A stretch of DNA of 13,458 bases from Amoeboradix gromovi X-113 (Eukaryota > Fungi > Sanchytriomycota), in NCBI GenBank assembly GCA_018985225.1, contig JADGIF010000233.1, positions 1-13,458 of the forward strand, in the 5' to 3' direction. Both the position numbers and the translations under genes were made by a program. Positions 1 to 8,709 of the stretch are shown one piece after another (position 1 is the first letter of the stretch; every line of letters starts with the position of its first letter). A model generated the notes under the pieces. It was given only the letters and a program-made list of their open reading frames with translations, was not told the origin of the DNA and made no database searches.

Positions 1-228
1 TTATTTGAAATAACGATTGGATGAAAGAGTAAGAGAATAGCTGTACAGAATATTTATTTTTGAAATTCGATACAAAAAGTTATTTATTTTCCTTTTATAC
101 TCGTCAACTCCGCAAATAGCTGAATGTCCACTCGCCTCTTAAATCCATAAAATTAATAAAGCTGAAATAATGTTCCAAGTTGTTACAGAAAGTTAGTCCA
201 GTTTTTATATTTGATGTCTCAAATGTAT
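1..228 (+). pseudogene. TnpB/Fanzor2-like internal relic (copy D; REC/WED region)
   Basis: Frame 1 reads LFEITIG*KSKRIAVQNIYF*NSIQKVIYFPFIL, resembling the F..KSKK..QSI...FP segment of TnpB/Fanzor2. 164-228 reads EIMFQVVTES*SSFYI*C. 163-228 aligns at DNA level with 5221-5285, which runs into a RuvC-I-like motif, and partly with 4820-4865 on the minus strand. Confidence 0.6.
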
Positions 229-1058
229 TTATTTTGACTCCAGTATTTCCTCAAAACTGCTAATATATTTATCTGTGGCTTTGGTGTATTTGCCTGCATA
301 TTCAAGGTGCTCACCTAGCCACTGCAATAGGTCTTCCGTGAATTGCTGAAATTCCTCCTTTAAAGCATCATTTAGATTAGAAAAGGGCATTATTGATGGC
401 AAAACTGTGAAGAGTCTTAAGAAATGTTGAAGGCCGTATTTCTGGCTTGGTTTAAAGTTCTGATCCAATTGATATTGCTTTAACTGGGGCCTTTCAAATA
501 AATACAACAGCTGGCAAGGCAACGCAATATTGAAGTAGGCAACTAAACCATCAAGGTACTCGTTTAAATAAAAAAATTGGTCAATTATAGTCTTCTTATA
601 TTCTTGCACTATGTTATCCACGCAAGTTATGTAGTCCACTAGGAAATTGTCAATCACTATGTTTTCCCTGTCATCAATTAGCACCTCTTTAAGAGATTCT
701 GGAATTCCGAAAAAAAGCGTTATGTTTTGAACGGGAATAAACTTAAGGAAACTAGTTGAATCATTTGACACCCCAGCTTTATTTTCCTTGCGTTGTTGCT
801 TCTTAGTTTTTGGCTTAACATCCTTAAATTTCAACTGAAGTGCGCTTGCGAATTCTTTATTTTCTTGGTTCATTTTCAAAATCCTATTTTCTGCTACCTA
901 AATAAATTTGCAAATACCCACTCATCGAATTTTTTGTTCCAACCATGATAATGAATTCTGTATGGTTTTTCAGCATGATCTCTGATGGACATAACCCTGG
1001 CTTTATACACCATAGGTCCGTGATAAGCGTAGACCATTTCAGCAGCTGCAAATATCAT
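229..1058 (-). CDS. EAF3: Eaf3/MRG15 chromo-barrel + MRG domain protein, 2 exons (1058-918, 897-229), 269 aa
   Basis: Exon 1 reads MIFAAAEMVYAYHGPMVYKARV...YRIHYHGWNKKFDEW (chromo barrel). It joins in frame through a 20-nt GT-AG intron to VAENRILKMNQ. The MRG domain follows (LKEVLIDD, YFNIALPCQLLYLFERPQ, PSQKYGLQHFLRLF). Confidence 0.95.
898..917 (-). other. 20-nt spliceosomal intron in EAF3
   Basis: GTATTTGCAAATTTATTTAG. Removal restores the conserved DEW-V motif and the reading frame. Confidence 0.9.
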
Positions 1059-1176
1059 AAGGATTGTAATTGGTTTGAAAAATGTATTACTTCAATTGCG
1101 TAGTATTCGTTAAATGAGTTGGAAGAGACTTGACTTCAGAAAGTGGTAGTTCATTTATCATAAAAAGGCCAATCTT

Positions 1177-1941
1177 ATGGACTGGCTCGGCATAGATTTA
1201 CCATTTCACAAATTAGAATACTTATTGGATAGCCCATTCAATTTAGAAGTGGACAGGTTATATCACCTTAAGAGACTCTCGTACCAGCCACTTGCTCTTC
1301 ACAGGGTTGTGAATTCAAACTATTTTCAAGAATTTTTAAATTTATTTGATATAGAATTAATGAACACCAATCAAGCAATATATGGGATCCAATGGCTAGC
1401 AGTAGTATGCAAAGAGCCCAATATTGCATCAAGACTAGCAATACTGCCATTTGAAAAAATGGTGATACATTCTCAACTTAACGTAAAAAATTCATCGCTA
1501 TCTTTGTTACTCAATGTAATTAAACTCACTGTAAATAGATTAGACTCAAGCAAATTGTCAAAAAGAATGCATATTATACTAGTAGCAGAGCTTCTTTCTT
1601 CTTTGCAGTCACTCAATGGCAAATTAGAAGATTTGACAGTGATTTTGGACTGCTTAGCTAATCTGGATTTTGGGATTGAACAGAATAATCATGACGTAAT
1701 ATTGTCCCCTGAATCATTTAAGAGGCTTAACCTTCTCTTGCAAGTATCAGCTCCAAGCCAAATCAAGAAAAACACACTGCATTACTTATCAGTTTTAGTT
1801 TTTTTCAAATCCAATAGAGACGCATTTTATTTTAGCAGCATGTTTGACTCCATCTTACTTCTTAAAGAGCCAAAACAGCAACTTGATGAATTAAAAAGTG
1901 TACTGAGCCTTGATTCTCGAATGAAAAAGCATTTTAAGTAA
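1177..1941 (+). CDS. Hypothetical Leu-rich, probably alpha-helical (ARM/HEAT-like?) protein, 254 aa
   Basis: 765-nt ATG-initiated ORF in AT-rich DNA, divergent from EAF3 across 118 nt. No motif recognised. Confidence 0.65.
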   Translation: MDWLGIDLPFHKLEYLLDSPFNLEVDRLYHLKRLSYQPLALHRVVNSNYFQEFLNLFDIELMNTNQAIYGIQWLAVVCKEPNIASRLAILPFEKMVIHSQLNVKNSSLSLLLNVIKLTVNRLDSSKLSKRMHIILVAELLSSLQSLNGKLEDLTVILDCLANLDFGIEQNNHDVILSPESFKRLNLLLQVSAPSQIKKNTLHYLSVLVFFKSNRDAFYFSSMFDSILLLKEPKQQLDELKSVLSLDSRMKKHFK

Positions 1942-1979
1942 ATTATCTTTTTGAAACAACAGCTTTTATTTCAATTTCC

Positions 1980-3026
1980 ATGAAGGACGAGGAACTGGTA
2001 AAGATTTTTGATAACTTAAATAAGGAAAATAATCATCAAAAAATTCATGAACATTACCAGCGTAAAATTAAAAAGTTATACCAAGAATTGATAAAATACA
2101 AATATAGTCAAAAAAATGAAAGAGAAAAACTACTGGATCCGAGTAATGAAAATGACAAAGCTTTACAGGATCTGAAAGCTATGGGTGTGCGCCCATCCGC
2201 ATTTGTAAATAAAAAAATTGCTACCCGAGCATTAATTGCTCAAGACAAACTTACTTACTATGGTCAGGCATTAGCTGAAGATGAATTAGACATGACGTGG
2301 ATACAGTTATGCACCATGCTAAAAGTAACAGACAAGAAGCAGGTCCTAAGAACTGTAAAGGGATACCATGACAAATTACCTAATTATCTTAATCTCAAGA
2401 CTACACTTGTCACTTTGATTAATACTGTTGATCCTTTAGGTGCTGTTGTTCCCATGAGTGCTAGAAATAGTGATGAGTGTTTAAAGTATTCAGAAAGATT
2501 AATTCAGCACATTACAAAGATTGCAGAGCATACGGCCAGAACCAAGCCAACTATGTTGACGCCTATCCGTGAGCCGTTACCTATTCGCAGAGCAAGCAAG
2601 AAATCATCTTTTGGTTCCGCTCAAAAGCCGTTGCCTAAAAACAATACAATCCCACCAAACAGCAGATCCATACCTACTACTTCAAACAGATCTGTCAAGT
2701 CTAATTCCTTTTCGAATGTATCTAGTAAGGTGTCTGATATTAACCTAAGTGTTTCTCGCGGATCTACGAAATCAAAGTCGAAATCAACTTCTATTCGCGA
2801 CGATGTATCAATCACATCCTCAATGATTGAGCGTATCATCAATGAGGTTCCTAAAAACATAGTAGCCAATGCATCGATAGAATCTGCCGCGTTAGATGAT
2901 AGCTTTTTGAACCAGTTTAATAATTCGTTAAATATTCCTGATGAAACAGTTAATACTGATTTCTTGAATGAAATAAGCATCCAATTAAGGAAGGGACATA
3001 ACGGGTCGTCTGTATCTGATTTGTAA
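1980..3026 (+). CDS. Coiled-coil protein with Ser-rich disordered C-terminal half; possibly a divergent CEP70-like centrosomal protein
   Basis: 348-aa ORF. The segment ATRALIAQDK...WIQLCTMLKVTD...VLRTVK...L recalls the TR.LI..D...C..L.+.D pattern I remember for CEP70-family proteins. The CDS is confident; the family assignment is weak. Confidence 0.7.
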   Translation: MKDEELVKIFDNLNKENNHQKIHEHYQRKIKKLYQELIKYKYSQKNEREKLLDPSNENDKALQDLKAMGVRPSAFVNKKIATRALIAQDKLTYYGQALAEDELDMTWIQLCTMLKVTDKKQVLRTVKGYHDKLPNYLNLKTTLVTLINTVDPLGAVVPMSARNSDECLKYSERLIQHITKIAEHTARTKPTMLTPIREPLPIRRASKKSSFGSAQKPLPKNNTIPPNSRSIPTTSNRSVKSNSFSNVSSKVSDINLSVSRGSTKSKSKSTSIRDDVSITSSMIERIINEVPKNIVANASIESAALDDSFLNQFNNSLNIPDETVNTDFLNEISIQLRKGHNGSSVSDL

Positions 3027-3037
3027 TAAATTTATTA
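3024..3037. terminator. Palindromic bidirectional poly(A)-signal-like site between convergent genes
   Basis: Perfect palindrome TAATAAATTTATTA, giving AATAAA on both strands. It overlaps the TAA stop at 3024-3026 and lies 5 nt past the predicted SAS-6 stop. Confidence 0.5.
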
Positions 3038-3042
3038 AATAG

Positions 3043-4375
3043 CTATACCTTTTCTTTTGGCCTATACATTATTATTCGTTTACCTGCTTGCCTTGGAGGG
3101 TTTACAGACTCTTTTTGCAGCCAGTTATCTACTATATTAGTGCGCTTTACCATTTTTAGCTTCTAGCCGAGTGTTGGCAAAGTTGAGCTTCTTTTTTAAA
3201 TTTGTATTTTCATGCTCCACATTGTCAAATTCTAATTCTGATTCATTGTAATTACTCTTGTACTGTTTTAACTCAGCAGAAAGTTGATTAATCTTTTTCT
3301 CTTGTGTCAAGGCAAGCTGAGTAGACAGCTTCAGCTTGTTTTTTGAATTTTTCAGTTCCATTTCAAGCTGCTCAATAATGGTATTTCCCTTGTTGACTTC
3401 GTTGTTGGTGTTATTAACAGAAGATGCAACAGACTTGAGTTGATTCTCTAAGTCACTCACCTTGCGCTCGATTTCTTGTTTCTCTTGAATATTAGAATTC
3501 AGATCAGATTCAATTCTTGAAATATGAAACGACTTTGATTTAATCTCTTCTTCTAACAAGGAAATTCTATTCTTGGAAATTGCTAGTTGATTTTGATAGT
3601 TATTACAATCCCTGTTAACTTGTTGCTGATCCTGCAGCTGTCTTGTAGATTCCTGTTGAAATCGCTGCAGCTCATTCTGTAAAGCCGAGTTTTGATTCTT
3701 AAGGGTACTTAGTTGCATTTTCAAACTTTCATTCTCAGTTTGAAGCGCTCTGACACTCTGCTTAGACTCTGAAAGTAAAGTATTAAGATCTTTGTCTAAA
3801 TTAGACATATCCAACTCATTTTGAGCAGTAATATCCTTCAATTCCTGTTGGAACTTGGACTGCTGGTTTATAAAGGCAGAAGTCTTTTCGTTTAAAGAGT
3901 CCTGCAGTTCTTTGATCTTCAAACTATATTGCCGTATTTCTGCATTTAGTCTGGCCTCATTTTTGGCAGATTTGGTTTTCAAAAGAGAATGGTCGTTTTT
4001 TTCTGAAAGAATTTTAGCAGCCAAATAATCATTTTTCACTTCAACACTGGGAATTTCCATTTTTAATTTCAAATGACAGATCGCGCGCCAACTAGTTATC
4101 TCAACTAATTTAAATTGGCTCTCTTTATCAAACACTATAGTCCATTCTTCTTTATTTAAGAGTTCCTTGAATTGCTCAACAAACTGATCGTATTCCATTC
4201 TTAGATCTTGTTCTTTAACTAGTTCCTCAAATATTGTCGGTGTCAAATGTAGTAATGCTAAAAATGTGGGATCTAAGGGGTCACTTAGAATTATAACTAC
4301 TGCATTTTTGATTTGAATTTCTAAATCAAGTGCATGGGTTTCCCCATACTTCTGGACTTTGAGATGATAAAGCAT
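3043..4375 (-). CDS. SAS6: Centriole cartwheel protein SAS-6, 2 exons (4375-3151, 3131-3043), ~437 aa
   Basis: Head-domain motifs LSDPLDPTFL, FEELVKEQDL...F, LVEITSWRAICHLKL and YLA, followed by a long coiled coil with NEVNKGNTII. Splicing 3132-3150 adds NVDNWLQKE, matching the N.V..WL.K motif that ends the SAS-6 coiled coil. Confidence 0.9.
3132..3150 (-). other. 19-nt spliceosomal intron in SAS6
   Basis: GTAAAGCGCACTAATATAG with a CTAAT branch motif. It contains the TAA that ends the track ORF. A tandem TAG acceptor 3 nt further on (22-nt intron) is also in frame. Confidence 0.75.
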
Positions 4376-4440
4376 CTAAAACAGTGGGGTTCTTTGTATA
4401 TTTCAATTCACAGCCAAAAATATTATTTCTTGTGATATAG

Positions 4441-4565
4441 TTCCTCAAGGGCACTGGTTTCTAAGAGGATCAAGAACAGGCGTAATGAACTTACAATAGT
4501 AGTTGCTCCGTTACAGCAGCTGCTCACGCTTTTACTGCCGACGAGCAATTAAACATCGATGCATA
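4441..4565 (-). ncRNA. Diverged omegaRNA-like scaffold / right end of copy C
   Basis: GGCAGTAAAAGCGTGAGCAGCTGCTGTAACGGAG matches copy B GGTAGTGAAAGCGTGAGCAACCACTGTAACGGAG. It ends TTGAGGAA at a similar distance from the RuvC-III motif. Confidence 0.55.
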
Positions 4566-5160
4566 TATTTCAAGCAAATGTTACTTGCTAACATAATGTC
4601 TCTCTCCACTTGTTAGTGACCACTTTCTATATCTTTAATAATTCTGGTGCCTTGAAAGTTCTTGACAAAGAGCTGGTTTCTCTTTCAAGGCCTTTTTTCT
4701 TATTGGAAAAGGCTCGCAGATAGTTTAATCACTTTTGGGAAAGACCAACCTACGTTTGAATAGCCTTCAAATGGTACAGTAATCAATTTTTCATGTGGAT
4801 ATGCATTGAACGAGCCTTTTAGAAGAGTGTATTGTGGGACACCAAATATAAAAACTAGACTTAGTCGTCTTTAAAGGAGGTGCTCCATAAGGAGGCAATA
4901 CTATTATTAATAAAAGTACTTCTTCTTTCATTAATGTCATTTTTCTCTTTAAAATGGAATATGTTACTTGAACCACTATCTCTTTCAAATAAGGTCCTTG
5001 AGTGTCTTAGCAAAAGGTGCATTTTCGTTATCTACTACTTTACCACTATTATCTTCCATTTTCTTTTTCCTCTTACCGCCTTTCGTATAACTTATTTTTG
5101 TATTCTCTTGTTCTTGTTAATCATTGTTTCCAAGATTTTGATGGATGAAAAACTTTTATA
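4441..5160 (-). mobile_element. Decayed, multiply deleted TnpB/Fanzor element (copy C)
   Basis: Motifs occur in TnpB order on the minus strand: IKVFHPSKSWKQ*L (N-terminal K..P..QK-like), NIFHFKEKND, KSSFYIWCP, then one frame from 4801 reading YPHEKLITVPFEGYS...PKVIK...GTRIIKDIESGH*QVERDIMLASNICLKYMH. The right end is homologous to copies A and B. The left limit is approximate. Confidence 0.75.
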
Positions 5161-5218
5161 CTAAAATAATTTACTTGAACAGATTAATTTAATTTAATTT
5201 ACTATCGGTTCATACGCA

Positions 5219-5350
5219 CTTGAAATAATGATTCAAATTGTATCAGAAAGCAAGTCTAGTTTTATATTTGATGTCCAAAGAGTATCTTCTAAGGAATCCA
5301 GTAGATTTGACAAATTTTGGCTTTGGAACTTGGTGACATTTGCCATAGAT
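5219..5350 (+). pseudogene. TnpB/Fanzor WED + RuvC-I fragment (copy E)
   Basis: LEIMIQIVSESKSS, frameshift, FYI*CPK...QILALELG (5311-5334), frameshift, TFA (5336-5344). This is a degenerate form of the RuvC-I I.ALDPG.RTF motif. DNA homology to 163-228. Confidence 0.65.
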
Positions 5351-5414
5351 AAAAATAATAATAAATTAAGTTCTTTTCGGGAGACAATGCTGTTCAAGTG
5401 ATAAAGTTCTTGTT

Positions 5415-5439
5415 AATTCAATAAATAATTTATTGAATT
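5415..5439. repeat. Perfect inverted repeat, 12-bp arms, 1-nt spacer
   Basis: AATTCAATAAAT-A-ATTTATTGAATT, with AATAAA on both strands, 4 nt outside the right end of copy A. Confidence 0.85.
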
Positions 5440-5443
5440 TGGA

Positions 5444-5570
5444 CTCCTCGTTAAAAGTACTGATTTCCGAGAAAACCGAGAATTTTCACAGAGAAACTAG
5501 CACTGCTACCAAATCTATTTAGTTACTGTTCACGCTTTCACTACCCTGAGGCGGGATTGAATAAGGATAC
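5444..5570 (-). ncRNA. omegaRNA-like scaffold of copy A
   Basis: 39-nt block 5530-5568 is identical to 11034-11072. Hairpin GAAAATT-CTC-GGTTTTC. Ends TTTTAACGAGGAG, where homology to copy B stops. Confidence 0.7.
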
Positions 5571-5734
5571 ACATATTTGATGTATATATTCCTTGCTGCC
5601 ATATAATCTCTAATGTTGCACATATTGTAAGACTAACACACGACAGCTTTGTCTGGTCACATATGAATTGTTAAATAAATAGTTTACAAGATAATTATCT
5701 TTTATCTCTTTCTAGGCATTAAAAGACAACTAAT

Positions 5735-5955
5735 TGTTCATGCCTGAACTAGGTTTTAAATGTTGATGAGTGTATGCTGTAACTATTAGTTGTTTCTTCA
5801 GGTTTTACATGTTCAGGATTACACCCATTGATTCCATTTACCATTTGCGAAAATGAAGAATATCAAGTAGTTAAGGTACTGTAAAAACAGGGAGAGTCAT
5901 GTCATTATATAAAAATACATAGAGATTCTCGACAAATGACTTGTTTAACAAGATT
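5735..5955 (+). pseudogene. Partner ORF relic of copy A (possible recombinase)
   Basis: VDECML*LLVVSSGFTCSGLHPLIPFTICENEEYQVVKVL*K/TGRVMSLYKNT*RFSTNDLFNK. Substitutions against the copy B minus-strand frame are conservative. Confidence 0.6.
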
Positions 5956-5989
5956 CGTAGCTGAAAGCGTCTTTCTGAAAACAAGGAGT

Positions 5990-6361
5990 ATGAGTAGAAA
6001 TCTTTATTCAGTTTTGGGATTGAACAGGAAATGTACAATGAACGAGTTGGATGACAGATATAAGGAACTAGCATTACTAAAACATCCTGATAAACCCACA
6101 GGAACCCATGACTCGTTTTGTGAGCTTAATAACATTTACAGTTTTTTGAAATCTAAAAGATCGCTTTATGATCACTTGATGTTCGATGATCTAATAGTTT
6201 ATGATTCTGTAGCTATAAGCCATTTCGAGTTTATTAATAACGAGTTTATATACAACTGTAGATGTGGTGGATCCTATGTTTTGGAACAAATTGATCGCAA
6301 AGTATTTTTAAATCGCAAAATCTGTTCAAATTGTTCTCTTTGTATTGAAATTGTTTATTAA
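5990..6361 (+). CDS. DPH4: Diphthamide biosynthesis protein 4 (J-domain + CSL zinc finger), 123 aa
   Basis: NLYSVLGL...HPDK J-domain followed by YNCRCGGSY...CSNCSLCIEI. The start is placed at ATG 5990 because ATG 5936 lies inside the transposon relic. Confidence 0.93.
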   Translation: MSRNLYSVLGLNRKCTMNELDDRYKELALLKHPDKPTGTHDSFCELNNIYSFLKSKRSLYDHLMFDDLIVYDSVAISHFEFINNEFIYNCRCGGSYVLEQIDRKVFLNRKICSNCSLCIEIVY

Positions 6362-6390
6362 TATTGATATCAAAGCTTTCATGTCATTTA

Positions 6391-8521
6391 TTAAATATTT
6401 GCCAAAACCTCGTTTGCTTTCTTGTACTTTTCCAGTACTTGCTTTACCTTTTCCCTCTCTTTCACTATCAATTCGTCTTCCATAAACAGCTCCTTGATTT
6501 TGTCAGGTTTATATAAACTTTCAACCAATGTTGGATGTAATTCCTTTGTCACACCATTTACCAAGTTGTGCATTATCGCTTTGGGTACTAAATCAAGCAG
6601 CGATTGTCTGACTATCTCAAAGTATGAAATCATCAGTCTTCTTATCAACTGTACTTCAAATTGCTCTTTCTCCGTTAGTTCCTGGTGATGAGTAAACTGA
6701 TTTGGCGTTATTATCCCGGGAACTGCTGTAGGCAATGTAGATAAAGAAAACCCGTCATTAGGATTAGGAATCATTGACTTCCTGTTATTTACAGGTTTTA
6801 AGTCTCTTTTTTTAAAGAAGTACTGCAGCAAAGATTCCTTTTGCTCATCACTTTCGATCTCATCCAGACCCAACACTGTACTATTGCTGCTGAAGTCTAG
6901 ATTGTTATTGTTTATATTTCCACTTGCATTGGTCTGAAAGTTAGGTGACCGTGGCTGTGGGGATCTACTTCGCTCCACCCGTTGTTTATGTTGTTTGTCC
7001 ACTTGAATCGGGTCCCTGGTATCTCTACCCTGCATTGCAGCACCAACCCCAATAAAATCTGGATGGTTCGTGTTGATATATGCCATTTCAATATCCACTA
7101 AACTTGTGACATATGCTAGAGATGGATCCAGTTTATCTCTTAAAAGTCGATCCACTATCTCTACGTTAATTCTAAATACCAGTTAAACACGACGCTAATC
7201 TCGGATATCGCTCTATGTCTTTTGTACAGCACTCAACTGACAATTTCATCAATTCATCGAAAACCATTTCTACACATTTGATAGCAGGATGCAACAACCT
7301 CTTTAGTTGCGGTTTGATCAGTAATTCAAACGCTTTCTCTGGAATGAACAAAGTGGTTCTGCTACCAGTTGCATTACGAATGGCGGTCTTGATATCTTGA
7401 TCAGTCAATTGATCTAAAGGCATAACCTGGTTTATAAGATTGTTATACACGGTATGGTAGAGGTAATAGATCCTCGCACCTGCACACAATTCCAAGGTAT
7501 CAGCTTGACCATCAATGCTTTTGTTAAATTTGTCGCTGTAGCTGCTGATTATACGCAATAAGGAGCTTAGTGAGACATCATGAACAGGTCCAAATTGATC
7601 GTATTCAGATTGATGCTGCTGCATCATCAATGATATTTTTGATTTTAACTCTGGTAACTGCTGCTTAATGTGGTTGACCAAGATTTTATGCAGCAATTGA
7701 AGTAAATAGAACACACCGCACTTGTGAGCAATTGAAGGGAAGTGAGTGGTAAACAGCTCATGCTCCATTTCTCTCGACTCTAAATGACTTGTTTGAAATT
7801 GACCAGGAATTCCAGGTTTATTGATAACAGCAGTGAAGCCATAATAAAGAGAAAACGTTTTCCCTACTAATATTTCGTGTAATGAGTTTAATCCGTCTTT
7901 ATTGTTTGATATGCTGTTGAAGAACAAATCAGATTTAGTTAATACGCCGATAGTTCTTTTCCCATTTGGGTCGACTAGTCTGCACAACCTAAGAGAATCA
8001 GAAGTAGAAAGGTCATTCATACAGGTGGAAACGGCTAGCAATAAAGCGTTCTCTTTTCTTGCGTAGTGGCGAACTAATTGTTCAATCTGTTCATCTAAAT
8101 CATTCGGTTGATGAACAGTAGGAATCTGTATGAGGCCTGGAAGATCAATTAAAGTTAGATTGACGACCTGCTTTGAGAAGAGCTTGAGATATATTGGAGT
8201 AGAGCTGATATGCTGAATAGACTTAGCAATGTTTAGCAATTCATTTTGGACTTGACCAATTGGGATGGAATTCTTTAGATGTAAAAATTCAGCATATCCG
8301 TCTTGATCATTTTCATCTTCTATGTGAATTAATTGAAGAATTAGCGGCTGCTTAGTGCACATATCGACACCTATTGGTAATATTTCATAGCCACACAGAT
8401 GGTTGATCAGGGATGACTTGCCGCTACTTTGGGCACCTATTACGACTAATGACGGAAGATCAACAGACAAATGAAGAGTTTGAAGCTGATTAATTAATTC
8501 AATTACATTGACATTAGACAT
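6391..8521 (-). CDS. DNM1: Dynamin-related GTPase Dnm1/Drp1, 2 exons (8521-7180, 7160-6391), 703 aa
   Basis: G1 GAQSSGKSS, G3 DLPG, G4 TKSD. ELCAGARIYY is Dnm1-type rather than Vps1 ELSGGARISF. Also YINTNHPDF and GED SYFEIVR...DLVPKAIMH. The two track ORFs join in frame across a 19-nt intron (CLT-E-IVDRLL). Confidence 0.92.
7161..7179 (-). other. 19-nt spliceosomal intron in DNM1
   Basis: GTATTTAGAATTAACGTAG with a TTAAC branch motif. Removal gives RYPRLASCLTEIVDRLLRD, collinear with the Dnm1 middle domain. Confidence 0.92.
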
Positions 8522-8709
8522 TGTTACAGGGAACCGTGCTTCAATTTTTTTAATCAAAGCAAGTAGTACTTTGAGACAGAAAAGGTAGCGAAAAGGTACC
8601 GTAATTGTAAAAATATCATTTATTTCTGATTCGTCTTAATTTTTTAGGGGGGTAGTACATTTTTGAGAGGGGTGTATGTAAAGATTGCTTGTGCCTCTTG
8701 GTGTAAAAC

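Larger units (their letters stand above)
5444..5955 (-). mobile_element. Internally deleted TnpB/Fanzor element (copy A): Fanzor 3' tail + omegaRNA end (5612-5444), joined to an opposite-strand partner ORF relic
   Basis: Minus strand reads RDYMAARNIYIKYVYPYSIPPQGSESV. It is an inverted homolog of 10990-11158, with 5 mismatches in the first 82 nt. 5735-5955 is homologous to 10905-10690. Confidence 0.85.

Noticed and set aside
1114-1167. Upstream ATG and exon for ORF 1177
   Set aside because: There is an in-frame TAG at 1147, and the available GT-AG pairs (19, 22, 25 nt) do not preserve the frame.
1938-1962. 25-nt GT-AG segment that might join ORFs 1177-1941 and 1980-3026
   Set aside because: Splicing does not put the two ORFs in frame.
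2621-2980. Short overlapping track ORFs (also 1268-1450, 6422-6688, 7215-7400, 9164-9376, 10119-10301, 10444-10626, 10765-10947, 12768-12959)
   Set aside because: Antisense or alternate-frame shadows of better-supported genes or relics, with no motifs of their own.
3062-3083. Second SAS6 intron candidate GTAAACGAATAATAATGTATAG (22 nt)
   Set aside because: No A at -6, and splicing would run the CDS into the convergent gene. The unspliced frame has a clean stop at 3043.
4880-5164. Hydrophobic 94-aa ORF on +
   Set aside because: GTG start; it is the pyrimidine-rich antisense of the purine-rich copy C relic.
4441-5955. Stop-codon reassignment or readthrough explaining the interrupted ORFs; TIRs/TSDs for the elements
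   Set aside because: Host genes end in TAA, TAG and TGA, and the relics also contain frameshifts and deletions, so decay is the simpler explanation. Left ends are not defined, so no TIR, TSD or TAM can be supported.
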